A stretch of DNA of 64,000 nucleotides, taken from positions 384,001-448,000 of the forward strand of contig CAWGKG010000012.1 of NCBI GenBank assembly GCA_963823035.1, read 5' to 3'. The translations under genes were made by a program, and so were the position numbers. The notes beneath the pieces are model-generated. The model did not search any database. It was not told where the DNA came from and saw only the letters and a list, made by a program, of their open reading frames with translations. The stretch's first letter is position 1. Each line of letters begins with the position of its first letter. Source of the stretch: an uncultured Gemmatimonadales bacterium. GTDB lineage: Bacteria > Gemmatimonadota > Gemmatimonadetes > Longimicrobiales > Gaopeijiaceae. This document shows positions 32,038 to 40,968 of the stretch, piece after piece.

Positions 32038-32427
32038 CGCTCTCGAGTGGCCGCGATGATGGCTTCCATGTGATCGAGGTAGGCCTCCAGGGCCCGACGT
32101 CCCTTGGCCGTCAGCTCGTAGTCCGTCCTCGGAACCCGCCCGTCGAACGACTTGTGGCAGAGGAGGTAGCCCGCGTCCTCCAGCCGCCGAGCGTGGGCGC
32201 TCAGGTTCCCGTCGGTCGTGCCGAGGAGATCGCGCAGATCGGTGAACGGCAGCGCGCCGTTCACGGCGAGCGCGCTCACGATCCCCAGACGGACCCGCTC
32301 GTGGATGAGGCGGTCGAGCTCGAGCGCCCCCGCCTCCGGACCGTTCCCGGCCACGGAGTCCAGCACCGGACGCGCCCGCGGCGCGTCCTCCTCCGACGTC
32401 CCGTACGACCGGCTTTCTCTCAGCCAC
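32034..32427 (-). CDS. Winged-helix transcriptional regulator (HTH_34/ArsR-MarR-like); probable frameshift near the N-terminus
   Basis: [18 protein letters not shown]...[27 protein letters not shown]...[19 protein letters not shown]. Confidence 0.88.
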
Positions 32428-33037
32428 CGTGCTTCCTCCAGATGATGACGCCGAAAACGATGTGCAGCACGCCGAAGCCCACCGCCATGATGACGTCCGC
32501 CCACGCCGCCGGGGCGAAGAGGGCGAGCGCTCCCGCGCCCATGAAGGTGAAGCCCATCGCGGGCACCACCCTCACGGAGAACGCCCCGCCCGTGACGACG
32601 CCCGTGCCGTAGAGCAGGAGCCAGGCTCCGGGGAGCAACTCCACCAGGCCCGCCCGCGCCAGCGCCAGGGTGAGCAAGAGGCCCACCACGAGCGGGGGCG
32701 AGACGTTCCAGGCGAACTTCCGCCCGGCTCCACCCAGCAACGCGCTCCCGGCGGCGTGCGCCTTCGTCGCCATCGCGAAGAGTGCCACGCCGAGCGCGAG
32801 GACGGCGGCCGTCATCCAGATCAGAACCCACACACGCGGATCGGACGCCCGCCAGGCCACGAGGCTCGCGGCGAGGGCGATGACGCCCATGACGATTCCG
32901 CCGATCCCGGAGACCGCCGTGAACGACTGGGAGCGCTCCATCGTCTCGCGGATGTAGCGCAGGTTCTCCATGGCCTTGTCGTGCAGGGCCAGGGGAGGCG
33001 GGTCCGGGTCTCGGAGCCTGGGCGCGGGTCGGTTCAT
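32420..33037 (-). CDS. Conserved integral membrane protein (about 6 TM)
   Basis: [19 protein letters not shown]-terminal motif, hydrophobic helices, [16 protein letters not shown]; stop overlaps the regulator start. Confidence 0.8.
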   Translation of the reverse strand: MNRPAPRLRDPDPPPLALHDKAMENLRYIRETMERSQSFTAVSGIGGIVMGVIALAASLVAWRASDPRVWVLIWMTAAVLALGVALFAMATKAHAAGSALLGGAGRKFAWNVSPPLVVGLLLTLALARAGLVELLPGAWLLLYGTGVVTGGAFSVRVVPAMGFTFMGAGALALFAPAAWADVIMAVGFGVLHIVFGVIIWRKHGG

Positions 33038-33043
33038 CCCTTC

Positions 33044-33092
33044 AGAATGAGGGGTAGGGCGGCGTTTCGTCAAGTACTTTGCAGCACAAAGC
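33044..33092 (-). promoter_or_regulatory. Putative promoter and palindromic operator for the membrane protein-regulator-uppS operon
   Basis: ACTTTG-N5-CAAAGC (33076-33092) abutting TTGACG-N18-CATTCT, which ends 6 nt before ATG 33037. Confidence 0.55.
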
Positions 33093-33146
33093 TCAGGTCC
33101 ACCCGGTACTTCGCGGCGGGGCGGGGCGTGTGGAGGGTCTTCGCTC

Positions 33147-34095
33147 TCATGTACGGGGCGCCACCACGCGGAGCGCGCCGGGGAGGATGCGTGCCACCAG
33201 CTCCGATTCGGCGGCCTGACGCACTTCGCCGTCCATCTCGAAGCGTGGGGGCGCGGGGAACTGGAGGCGGAACGCGTCCTGGTCGAGGATCTCGACCCGA
33301 TCCGACCGCACGTGCTCGCCCCTTCTCGGCGAGGTTGAAGAGGCGGAGCCGCGTGAGCGGCGGCGCGTCCATGATCCTGCAGGCGTGCAGCTTTCCGTCG
33401 TCGATGCGCGCCCGCGGCGCGATCGGGAAGCCCCCGCCGAAGAAGCGGCCGTTGGAGATCGTGAGCATCAGGTGCCGACCGTCACGCCGGCCGGCGTCGT
33501 CCGCGCTCAATCCGACCTCGAAGCCCGGGAAGCGGAAGAGCTGCTGGAGCGCGGTGAGCTTGTACAGGAGCTCGCCCCGCAGGAAGCGCGCGCCCGCCGC
33601 CGCATCGAGCACCGCGATGTCGAAGCCGAAGCCGATGAGGTTCAGGAAGTGACGGGGCTCGTGGCTCCCGGGCGTGTGCTCGGAGGCGCTCGGCGTGTCC
33701 AGACGGCCCACGTCCACGCGGCGCACGTGCCCCTCCGCGAGGACGCGAACCGCCTCCGCCCCGCCCGCCGGATCGAAGCCGAGGTTGCGACCGAAGTCGT
33801 TGCCGGTCCCGCTCGGCAGCACGCCGAAGGCCACATCGTCGCGTCCCGACGCCACCACCCGGTCGGCGACGTTGCTCCACGTGCCGTCGCCGCCCACGGC
33901 GACGATGAGCTCGAAGCCGTCCCGGAGGGCGGCCTCGGCGAGGTCGCGCTCCTCACCCGGACGCGTGGTCACCCCGATCGTGGCCTCGGGCAGGTGCTCG
34001 CGGAGCAGCCGACGGTACGTCTCGAGCCGGCGTGCCCCGCGACCCCGCCCGGAGGCGGGGTTGAAGACGACGAAGGTGCGGCGTGCGCCGCTCAG
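33147..34095 (-). CDS. Diacylglycerol/lipid kinase family protein (YegS/DagK-like); frameshift near 33310
   Basis: NPASG, VGGDGT, PSGTGNDF, NGRFFGGG, DDGKL, EMDGE motifs; start codon unclear. Confidence 0.9.
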
Positions 34096-34775
34096 ATCTT
34101 CTCCAGCGGCTCGAAGGTCTGCATCCCGGCCTGGTACCACTCCTCCCGGAACGGGAAGGTATGGACGTCCGGGATCGTGAGGGGCGCGGTCATGGGGTGC
34201 TCGTAGAGCTTGAGCGAGCCGCGTTCCTCCTCGTGCTCGGAGTGCGGGGCGTCCATGTAGATGTTCGCCTTGAAGCGATCGTCGCCCTCGAGCGTGAAGG
34301 CGTTGTACAGGTTCTTCTTCGGCCCGAAGGCGTAGTCCGTCACGACCACGTCCAGCACGGGCCGGTCCTCGTCCCGCACCCGGACCTCCATCGTGCCGTC
34401 GGTCTGCTCGAAGTGGATCTGCAGGTCCTTCATGTAGTGGGGCAGATGCCACCGCTCGATGGCGTGCAGGCGCGCGGCCTCCGTCGACGTGCCCACCACG
34501 AAGGGGTAGAAGGCAGCCTTCGGCAGCGGCTTGCCGGGCACCACCATCGGGGGCACGAGGATCGCCAGCACGACCTCCTCGTAGGAGCCCACCTCGCTTT
34601 CCGTGAACTCGAACGCCGTCAGCGCGAAGATGCTCCGCGTGTGCTGCACCTCGAGCGGTTGAAGGTGGGACGGGAGGATCCTGCGGGCGTCCGTCGTCGC
34701 CATTTCGAAGAAGCCGCCGATGCAGTTGCGGAACCCGTAGTACGTGTACTCCATGTCGTGCCCGTCCTTCGCCAT
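34092..34775 (-). CDS. Acetoacetate decarboxylase-like family protein
   Basis: ARRILPSHLQP, FEFTESEVGSYEEVVLAI...ERWHLP pattern typical of ADC-like proteins. Confidence 0.65.
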   Translation of the reverse strand: MAKDGHDMEYTYYGFRNCIGGFFEMATTDARRILPSHLQPLEVQHTRSIFALTAFEFTESEVGSYEEVVLAILVPPMVVPGKPLPKAAFYPFVVGTSTEAARLHAIERWHLPHYMKDLQIHFEQTDGTMEVRVRDEDRPVLDVVVTDYAFGPKKNLYNAFTLEGDDRFKANIYMDAPHSEHEEERGSLKLYEHPMTAPLTIPDVHTFPFREEWYQAGMQTFEPLEKI

Positions 34776-34890
34776 GTCCGATTCCAGGGGTGGTCCGCCT
34801 TGATGCGCGTCCGCCGAACCGATTAGCGTTGGCGGTTCGAGGCGCACCCGCCGTTGATCCCTTCCGACCTCCCGTTTCGACGGAGGCCTG

Positions 34891-35664
34891 TTGTCCAAGC
34901 TTCGAGGCTACCTGGCACTCATCTTCGTGTGCCTCACCTTGCTGGTGCTGGATCCCGTCCAGCGCTTGCTGATCGCCCCGTGGGTACGCCTCGCACCCTC
35001 GCGGCGGATCGCCGTTCTCGGTCGCTGGCAGCGATTCCTCGCGCAGGTCGTCCTGCGTCCGGTTTCCGTGATCGGCGGTGCCCGGATCCCCGAGATCCCC
35101 AAGGTACCGGCGAGCGATGGCACCCTCGTCCTCATGAACCACCAGTCGCTCCTGGACATCCCCCTGGTGGTCGCGTCGGTGAAGGACGCCTATCCCAGGA
35201 TCCTGACCCGGAAGCGCTATATGCGGTGGATTCCGCTAATCTCGCACATGACGCGCCTCTATCAATACCCTGCCGTGGACCCTTCCGCAAAGGCCGGTTC
35301 GGCGCGCCGGATGTTCGACGAGATCCGCGACGCCGCCCGCTCGAGCGACGTGCCCCTGGCCATCTTTCCCGAGGGCACGCGGACGCGGGACGGCGAGATC
35401 GGACGGTTCAAGACCACGGGGCTCGGCATCATCCTCGAGCAACGTCCGTGGACGGTATACGTCATGGTGGCGGACGGCTTCTGGCAGCGCGCGAAGCTCA
35501 AGGACTTCCTGGGCGGGATGAGCGGCATCCGCGGGCGTGTGGAGCTGATCGGCCCGTTCGAGTGGCCCGACGCCGGGGCGGACCCCGGGCCGTTCATCGG
35601 CAAGATGCGAGAGCACATGGTCCGGCGTCTGGCCGAGATGCGTGCCGCCGTGCCCACCTCGTGA
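34891..35664 (+). CDS. Lysophospholipid acyltransferase (PlsC family)
   Basis: NHQSLLDIP (HxxxxD) and IFPEGTR motifs. Confidence 0.9.
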   Translation: MSKLRGYLALIFVCLTLLVLDPVQRLLIAPWVRLAPSRRIAVLGRWQRFLAQVVLRPVSVIGGARIPEIPKVPASDGTLVLMNHQSLLDIPLVVASVKDAYPRILTRKRYMRWIPLISHMTRLYQYPAVDPSAKAGSARRMFDEIRDAARSSDVPLAIFPEGTRTRDGEIGRFKTTGLGIILEQRPWTVYVMVADGFWQRAKLKDFLGGMSGIRGRVELIGPFEWPDAGADPGPFIGKMREHMVRRLAEMRAAVPTS

Positions 35665-35672
35665 GGGCCGCG

Positions 35673-36666
35673 ATGCCCGAGCGGGTTCCGGAGAGCGGCG
35701 GGGCGGGTCCCCCCGTAGAGGGCACCGGCGGTGCCCTCGAGCACGCCGAAGCCCTGGCCGGCCGCCTGGCGGCCGCCGCGGGAGGGACCGTCTCGGCCGT
35801 GATCCTCTACGGATCGCACCTCCTCGGGAGCGACCCCCGACCGACACAGCGCCCTCGACTTCGTGGTGGTGGTGCGGGACTACCGCGCCTTCTACGGTGC
35901 GCTCCGCGCGGCGGGCGAGATCCACCGGCCGACGTGGCTCATGGCCGGCCTTGCACGCGTGCTCCCGCCGAACGTCATCGCCTTCACTCCGGAAGAGGGC
36001 GACGCGGGCCTCGCCAAGTGCCTCGTGATCGACCACGCGGACTTCGAGCGTGCGCTCGGCCCCGCTCCGCGCGACCATTTCCTCCTGGCCCGCATGGTCC
36101 AGCGCGTCGCGCTCGTCCAGGCCACCGATGCCGAGCGTGCGCGGTGGGTGGGCGCGTGCCTGCACGCCGCGCACGTGGGGGCCCTGGCGTGGGTCGGGCC
36201 CTTCCTCGACGAGCCGTTCGACGCCGAGGCGCTGGGGCGCCGCTTGCTCGAGATCTCCTATCGGGCCGAGTTCCGCCCCGAGGCGCGCAACCGCGCGGAT
36301 ACGATCTTCGCGACGCAGCGTACGCACTTCCGCGACGTCTTCGCACCCATCCTCGAGGCGGAGGCCGCCGCCGGGCGGCTGATGCGCGTGCGGGACGCCT
36401 ACCGCTTCGCGAGCCCTCCGGGGAAGGCCGCCCGTCGGCGCTGGCGGCGCCACCTCAGGCGGTCCAAGGCGCGCGTCACGGCCCGCTGGCTCAAGCACGT
36501 GCTCACGTTCGACAACTGGCTTCCCTACATCACGCGCAAGGTGGAGCGACGCACGGGCACCCGCGTGGAGCTCACCGCCCTGGAGCGGCGTGCGCCGCTG
36601 CTCTTCCTCTGGCCGCGCGTGTTCCGTGTGCTGCTCACCCGCCCCGAACGGGAGCATCGAGAATGA
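35673..36666 (+). CDS. Tam41/Mmp37-like nucleotidyltransferase (putative phosphatidate cytidylyltransferase); frameshift near 35840
   Basis: AVILYGS...SALDFVVVVRDY (NTase GS...D motif), LPPNV, LLARM, ISYRAEFR; located between PlsC and a CDP-alcohol phosphotransferase. Confidence 0.6.
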
Positions 36667-37410
36667 GGACGGACCTGATCGTGCTGGTGGCCTTGCTGGC
36701 CGTGGCATTGGGCTCGATGCCGATCTACGCCGCGGGCGCGGCACGGCGTGGGCGTGACCCGCACGACATCGCAGGACCGAGGCTCCTTCGTCCTGGGAGG
36801 CTTCGCCCGCAGCTGGTTCTACTGGTTCGTGCGCCCGGTGGAGCGGCTCTCGCTGGCGCTGGGGCTGGGGCCGCTGTTCTTCAACCTCCTCGGCGTGGCG
36901 TTCGGGGTGGTGGCGGCGGCGTGCTTCGCGACCGGCCGCATCAACCTGGGCGGATGGGCCGTGCTTCTGGGCGGGATCGCGGACATCCTCGACGGACGGA
37001 TCGCCCGCGCCCTCGGTGTGGCCAACCGGCGTGGCGCCTTCCTCGATTCCACGCTCGACCGTTTCGCGGAGTTCGCGGCTTTCGTCGGCCTGGCGCTCCT
37101 CTTCCGGGGTTCCCCGACGGCACTGGTCCTGGTCGTGACCGCGCTCGGCGGGTCGCTCATGGTCAGCTACGCCCGGGCGCGCGGCGAGAGCGTGGGGGTG
37201 GAGTGCAAGCTGGGCGTGATGCAGCGCGCCGAGCGCCTCCTCCTCCTGGGGTTCGGTGCGATCCTCGACCCGTCCGTGTCGGCCTGGGCGGGCCGGGCCC
37301 CCGGCGCGCTCCTGGTTCCCGTCCTGGCCCTGGTGGCGGTGGGCACCGTCGGAACGGCGGTGTTCCGTACGGTATGGATCGCTCGTCGTCTTCCAGAAGT
37401 CGATGTCTGA
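36663..37410 (+). CDS. CDP-alcohol phosphatidyltransferase; frameshift near 36770
   Basis: DILDGRIAR...GAFLDSTLD signature; SLMVSYARARGES and GVMQRAER as in PIP-synthase-like members; ATGA overlap with the upstream gene. Confidence 0.92.
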
Positions 37411-37849
37411 CCTGGACTTACATAGACACACCAGGCTCGGTCCACGAGGCGATCCGCCCGCCTCTACGTAATCCTGCCGCGGCTCTACGTCATGAGTCGT
37501 AGGGCGAGGCGACGGCCCGCGGGGCCATTCTCCCGGCACACGAACAAACTCGTACGCCGAAAGGAGTCCGCCCGATGGGTTGGACCGCGCCGTCGCTCGA
37601 ACGTCCATGCCCCCCAGGCATCGGAGGTTCTCGCCCGGAGTCACCCACCTATCATCCTCTACGCGGGTGCGTCCGACGAACTCTCTGCTGCCGTCGTGGC
37701 CACCCGTTCCCAACAGATCGGACCTCGGTTCGATTCCCGCACCCGAGCCCACCTTTCTCGACAGCAACAGGGCTTCAGGTAGAGCACGGTGCGGCCCATC
37801 GGGCGGCTTTCGAGGGGAGGACGTCACGCTCCGGCGCGGCGTCCTCCTC

Positions 37850-38248
37850 TCACGGTCGGTAGGCGATCGCGTCGATCTCGACCTTGAGCCCCACGTGGGG
37901 AAGGGCCGCCACCTGCACGGTCGTGCGCGCTGGCCGGTGCTCACCGAAGACGCGTGCGTAGACCGCGTTCATCGACGCGAAGTCCCGCATGTCCACGAGG
38001 AACACGCCGCAGCGTAGCACGTGCGAGAGGTCCGTTCCCGCCGCCTCGAGGATCGCCCGGATGTTGCGGAAGACCTGCTCCGTCTGCGTCGCGACGTCGG
38101 CACCGGCGAGCTCGCCGGTAGTCGGGTCGGTGGCGCCTTGTCCGGAGACGAAGATGAGGCGGTCGAAGGCCATCCCCGGGGAGTAGGGACCGACCGGCGC
38201 GGGAAGGCCGGAGGCCACGACCGGACGATGGGTCGGGGTGTCGCTCAT
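37850..38248 (-). CDS. RidA/YjgF family protein
   Basis: PAPVGPYS, IFVSGQ, FASMNAVY, PARTTVQVAALP, VEIDAIA. Confidence 0.93.
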   Translation of the reverse strand: MSDTPTHRPVVASGLPAPVGPYSPGMAFDRLIFVSGQGATDPTTGELAGADVATQTEQVFRNIRAILEAAGTDLSHVLRCGVFLVDMRDFASMNAVYARVFGEHRPARTTVQVAALPHVGLKVEIDAIAYRP

Positions 38249-38442
38249 GGAAGGGGCTCGCTGGTGGGTCGGTTCGACGGGCGGGCCGGCGAGCAGGTGC
38301 CGGACCGGGGCTCGCGGGCACCCTAGCGGGCGCCGCCCCGCCCCGCCATGGGCTCCTTGCGAGCGGCATGCTTGCCGCGGTCCACCGCACGCTCCTACCA
38401 TCGTCGCCACGCATTCCGCCGCCCGATCAGGCAGGCCCGTCC

Positions 38443-39928
38443 GTGACGCACCCGGCTCCCTCGTTTCCCACGCCCGACGCTCGCGAGGCGGTTCGCGCGT
38501 GCCTCAGTGCCGCGAGGTTCACGGAGGCATCGCTGAGGAGGCGCCTCGTCGTGCCGGACGGCGCGCCGTTGGCGAGCCTCGGCACCCCCCTGATGGGGGA
38601 GCGGGTGCGGGCGTTGGACGAGCCCACCCGCTGCCTTCTCGAGCTCTTCCTCCTCGAGCGCTCCATGCCCCGCCAGGCCGTCGAGGCGGCGCTCGGCGCC
38701 GACGTCGTGGTCGCGCTGCACGACTGCGGGCTGCTGAGCACCCACGACGCCGTCTGCGCCGCGACCGCCCGGCTCGGCGCGGTCGGGGATCTGATCTTCG
38801 CGTCCGACCTGGCCGAGCGGCACCGGGCGCGCGCGCCCGATTTCGTGCCGGGCGCGGGGGGCGCCACCCGCCGTTTCGCGGACTTCACCCTGCGCGGACC
38901 CGTGGAATCCGCGCTCGACCTCGGGTGCGGTGCAGGGGTCCTGAGCGGGCTCGCCGCCGCGCACGCGGGGCGGGTCGTGGCGACCGACGTCAACGTGCGT
39001 GCGCTCGCCTTCGCCCGCTTCAACGCCGAGCTCAACGAGATGAGCCGCGTGGACTTCCGCCAGGGAGACCTCTACGAGCCGGTGGGGGGGGAGCGTTTCG
39101 ATCTCATCGTCTCCAACCCTCCCTTCGCGCTCTCGCCCGGTGACACGTTCGCCTACCGGGACGGCGGGGCCGAGCTGAGCCGGTCGATCGCCCGGGCGGG
39201 ACCCGACCATCTCACCGTGTCGGGTTGGCTGCAGATGATGGCGGAGTGGCCCGAACGCGCCGGGACGGATTGGAGGACGGAGGTGCTGGCGTGGCTGGAG
39301 GGCGTGGCGTGTGACGCCTGGGTGCTGCGGCTCTACTCGTACGACGCCGCGACCTACGCCTGGCGCTGGGTCGTGCAGGACGCGCCCGAAGGGGACGAAG
39401 GGGATGCGCTGCGCACGTGGATGGGGCATCTGCGCGCGCAAGCCATCGACGCGGTGGGAGGTGGACTGATCGTCCTGCGTCCGCGCCGCCATCGCGACCC
39501 TGTGCGACAGCTCCGGGACGCTCCGCCTCTCGCGGACGGCCCGATTGGGGGGTCGCTGAGGCGGTGGCTGGAAGCGCAGGACCTGCTCGCGGCTCTGGGC
39601 GGGACCGAACCGCTGCTCGAAACCCCGCTCATGCCTGCGCCGGATCTCGAGCGCTCGGAGACCAGCGAGCCCACGGGGAACGGATGGACCCGGCCTGACG
39701 TGCGCCTGCGCCTCCGCGACGGTCTGCGCTTCGCGGCTCGGGTCGATCCGGTAGCGTCCGCTCTGGTGGGCCTCCTGGGGAAGGGGCGCACGCCACGTGA
39801 AGCCCTCGCCGCCTTCGCGGAGCAGCACGGGGTGCCTGGCGAGTCCCTTCCTTTCGGGGCTCCCGGCGCTCCTCCACCGGCTCGTGTCGCTCGGGATCCT
39901 CCTTCCGGTCGGCGGGGGATCGGAGTAG
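38443..39928 (+). CDS. Class I SAM-dependent methyltransferase (NPPF/HemK-MTS type) with C-terminal PqqD/RRE-like domain; frameshift near 39840
   Basis: ALDLGCGAGV, VVATDVNVRAL, FDLIVSNPPF; corrected C-terminus ...VDPVASALVGLLGKGRTPREALAAFAEQHG...LLHRLVSLGILLP ends at TAG 39926-39928. Confidence 0.85.
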
Positions 39929-40031
39929 GTCTCACGCCGCCGCCACTCCCGGGTGGCCGCACGTACGACTTTCGCATTCGGGCGCCTATACGTATTCATC
40001 CTGGGTAGCACACCACTGCCTGGGAGGCGAG

Positions 40032-40328
40032 ATGAGCACGGAATCGTACAGGGCGTTCACGGCTGAGATCGGAAAGGATCCGAAGCTTCGCCAAGAGATC
40101 CTCGTTGCGGGTGGCCTGGACGGAATGTCCATGGAGAGGCTCGCGTCGATCGCGTCCGGGTACGGATACGAGTTCACCGCGCAGGACGTGAGCCACGAGC
40201 TGAGCGACGGTCGGCTCCAGGCCGCGGTGGGTGGGCGACTCAGCTTCGCCACCATGACGGACCAGTACTGGAAGGTCGCCTTCGATCCTCTCGGAGGTAC
40301 CCTCCACTACTTCAAGTACTACAGGTAG
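40032..40328 (+). CDS. Nif11-like leader RiPP precursor peptide
   Basis: Strong GGAGG RBS; leader MSTESYRAF...DPKLR...IASGYGYEFT..D...ELSDGRLQAAVGG, then a 30-aa core. Confidence 0.85.
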   Translation: MSTESYRAFTAEIGKDPKLRQEILVAGGLDGMSMERLASIASGYGYEFTAQDVSHELSDGRLQAAVGGRLSFATMTDQYWKVAFDPLGGTLHYFKYYR

Positions 40329-40359
40329 CCGGAACGGCTCCCCGCCTCGACCGCGCTGG

Positions 40360-40953
40360 TCAGCCCCCGACCTGGTAGTCGATTCGGATGGGCTCGGGGT
40401 AGCGGATCGGTCCCAGCCTCGTCTGGATCGACGGGGTGGCGTCCAGCCGTACGCGGTGGCTCCCACCCGAACCGGCCACCGCGAGGGCGAGGCCGACCAC
40501 GTCCTGCAGTTGCCCGTCGAAGAAGTCCAGCAGGTCCAGCCTGACCGTCACGGGCACGTCGACCGGCTGCCCAGGCGGCAGCACGTACTCCTGGTCGAGG
40601 ATGCCGCTGATCGTCTCGCGGTCGTCGAGGAACAGCTTCCAGTCCAGCCCGACCAGACGCGCCTGCACGTTGTCCGCTGGGTTGGAGGCGCGGATCTGCA
40701 GGACGGTCTCGAGCGGTAGCTCGTGACGCGCCAGTGCCGCTCCGAGGCGAGCCACCTGGATGGCGGACAGATCCCCATAGCTCCGGATCGACTCGATCGG
40801 AACTCCGGCCAACGAGCTCCCCGTGGCACCTGCGAGCGAGAAGTCCACGTTGCGCAGAGCCGTGAGCTCCTGGAGCGTCGCGCATCCGTACACGGTGGCG
40901 GTCAGGGCGATCGCGAGGAGCAGCGGCGGGCGTCGGGCGGTCGGGTTCGGCAT
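40360..40953 (-). CDS. LEA type 2 (WHy) domain lipoprotein
   Basis: Lipobox VYGC; ASNP...ARLVGLDWKLFLDD...LPPGQ pattern. Confidence 0.7.
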   Translation of the reverse strand: MPNPTARRPPLLLAIALTATVYGCATLQELTALRNVDFSLAGATGSSLAGVPIESIRSYGDLSAIQVARLGAALARHELPLETVLQIRASNPADNVQARLVGLDWKLFLDDRETISGILDQEYVLPPGQPVDVPVTVRLDLLDFFDGQLQDVVGLALAVAGSGGSHRVRLDATPSIQTRLGPIRYPEPIRIDYQVGG

Positions 40954-40968
40954 CTTGAATGAATACCC

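Noticed and set aside
37727..37753. GGTTCGATTCCC resembling a tRNA/tmRNA T-loop or att site
   Set aside because: The flanks do not form a 5-bp T-stem or acceptor stem, and it is not a direct repeat of the tRNA-Asn 3' end.
38443..39928. Methyltransferase as housekeeping PrmC or a DNA adenine methylase
   Set aside because: Much longer than PrmC, no prfA or restriction genes adjacent, and it has an extra C-terminal domain and a neighbouring precursor peptide.
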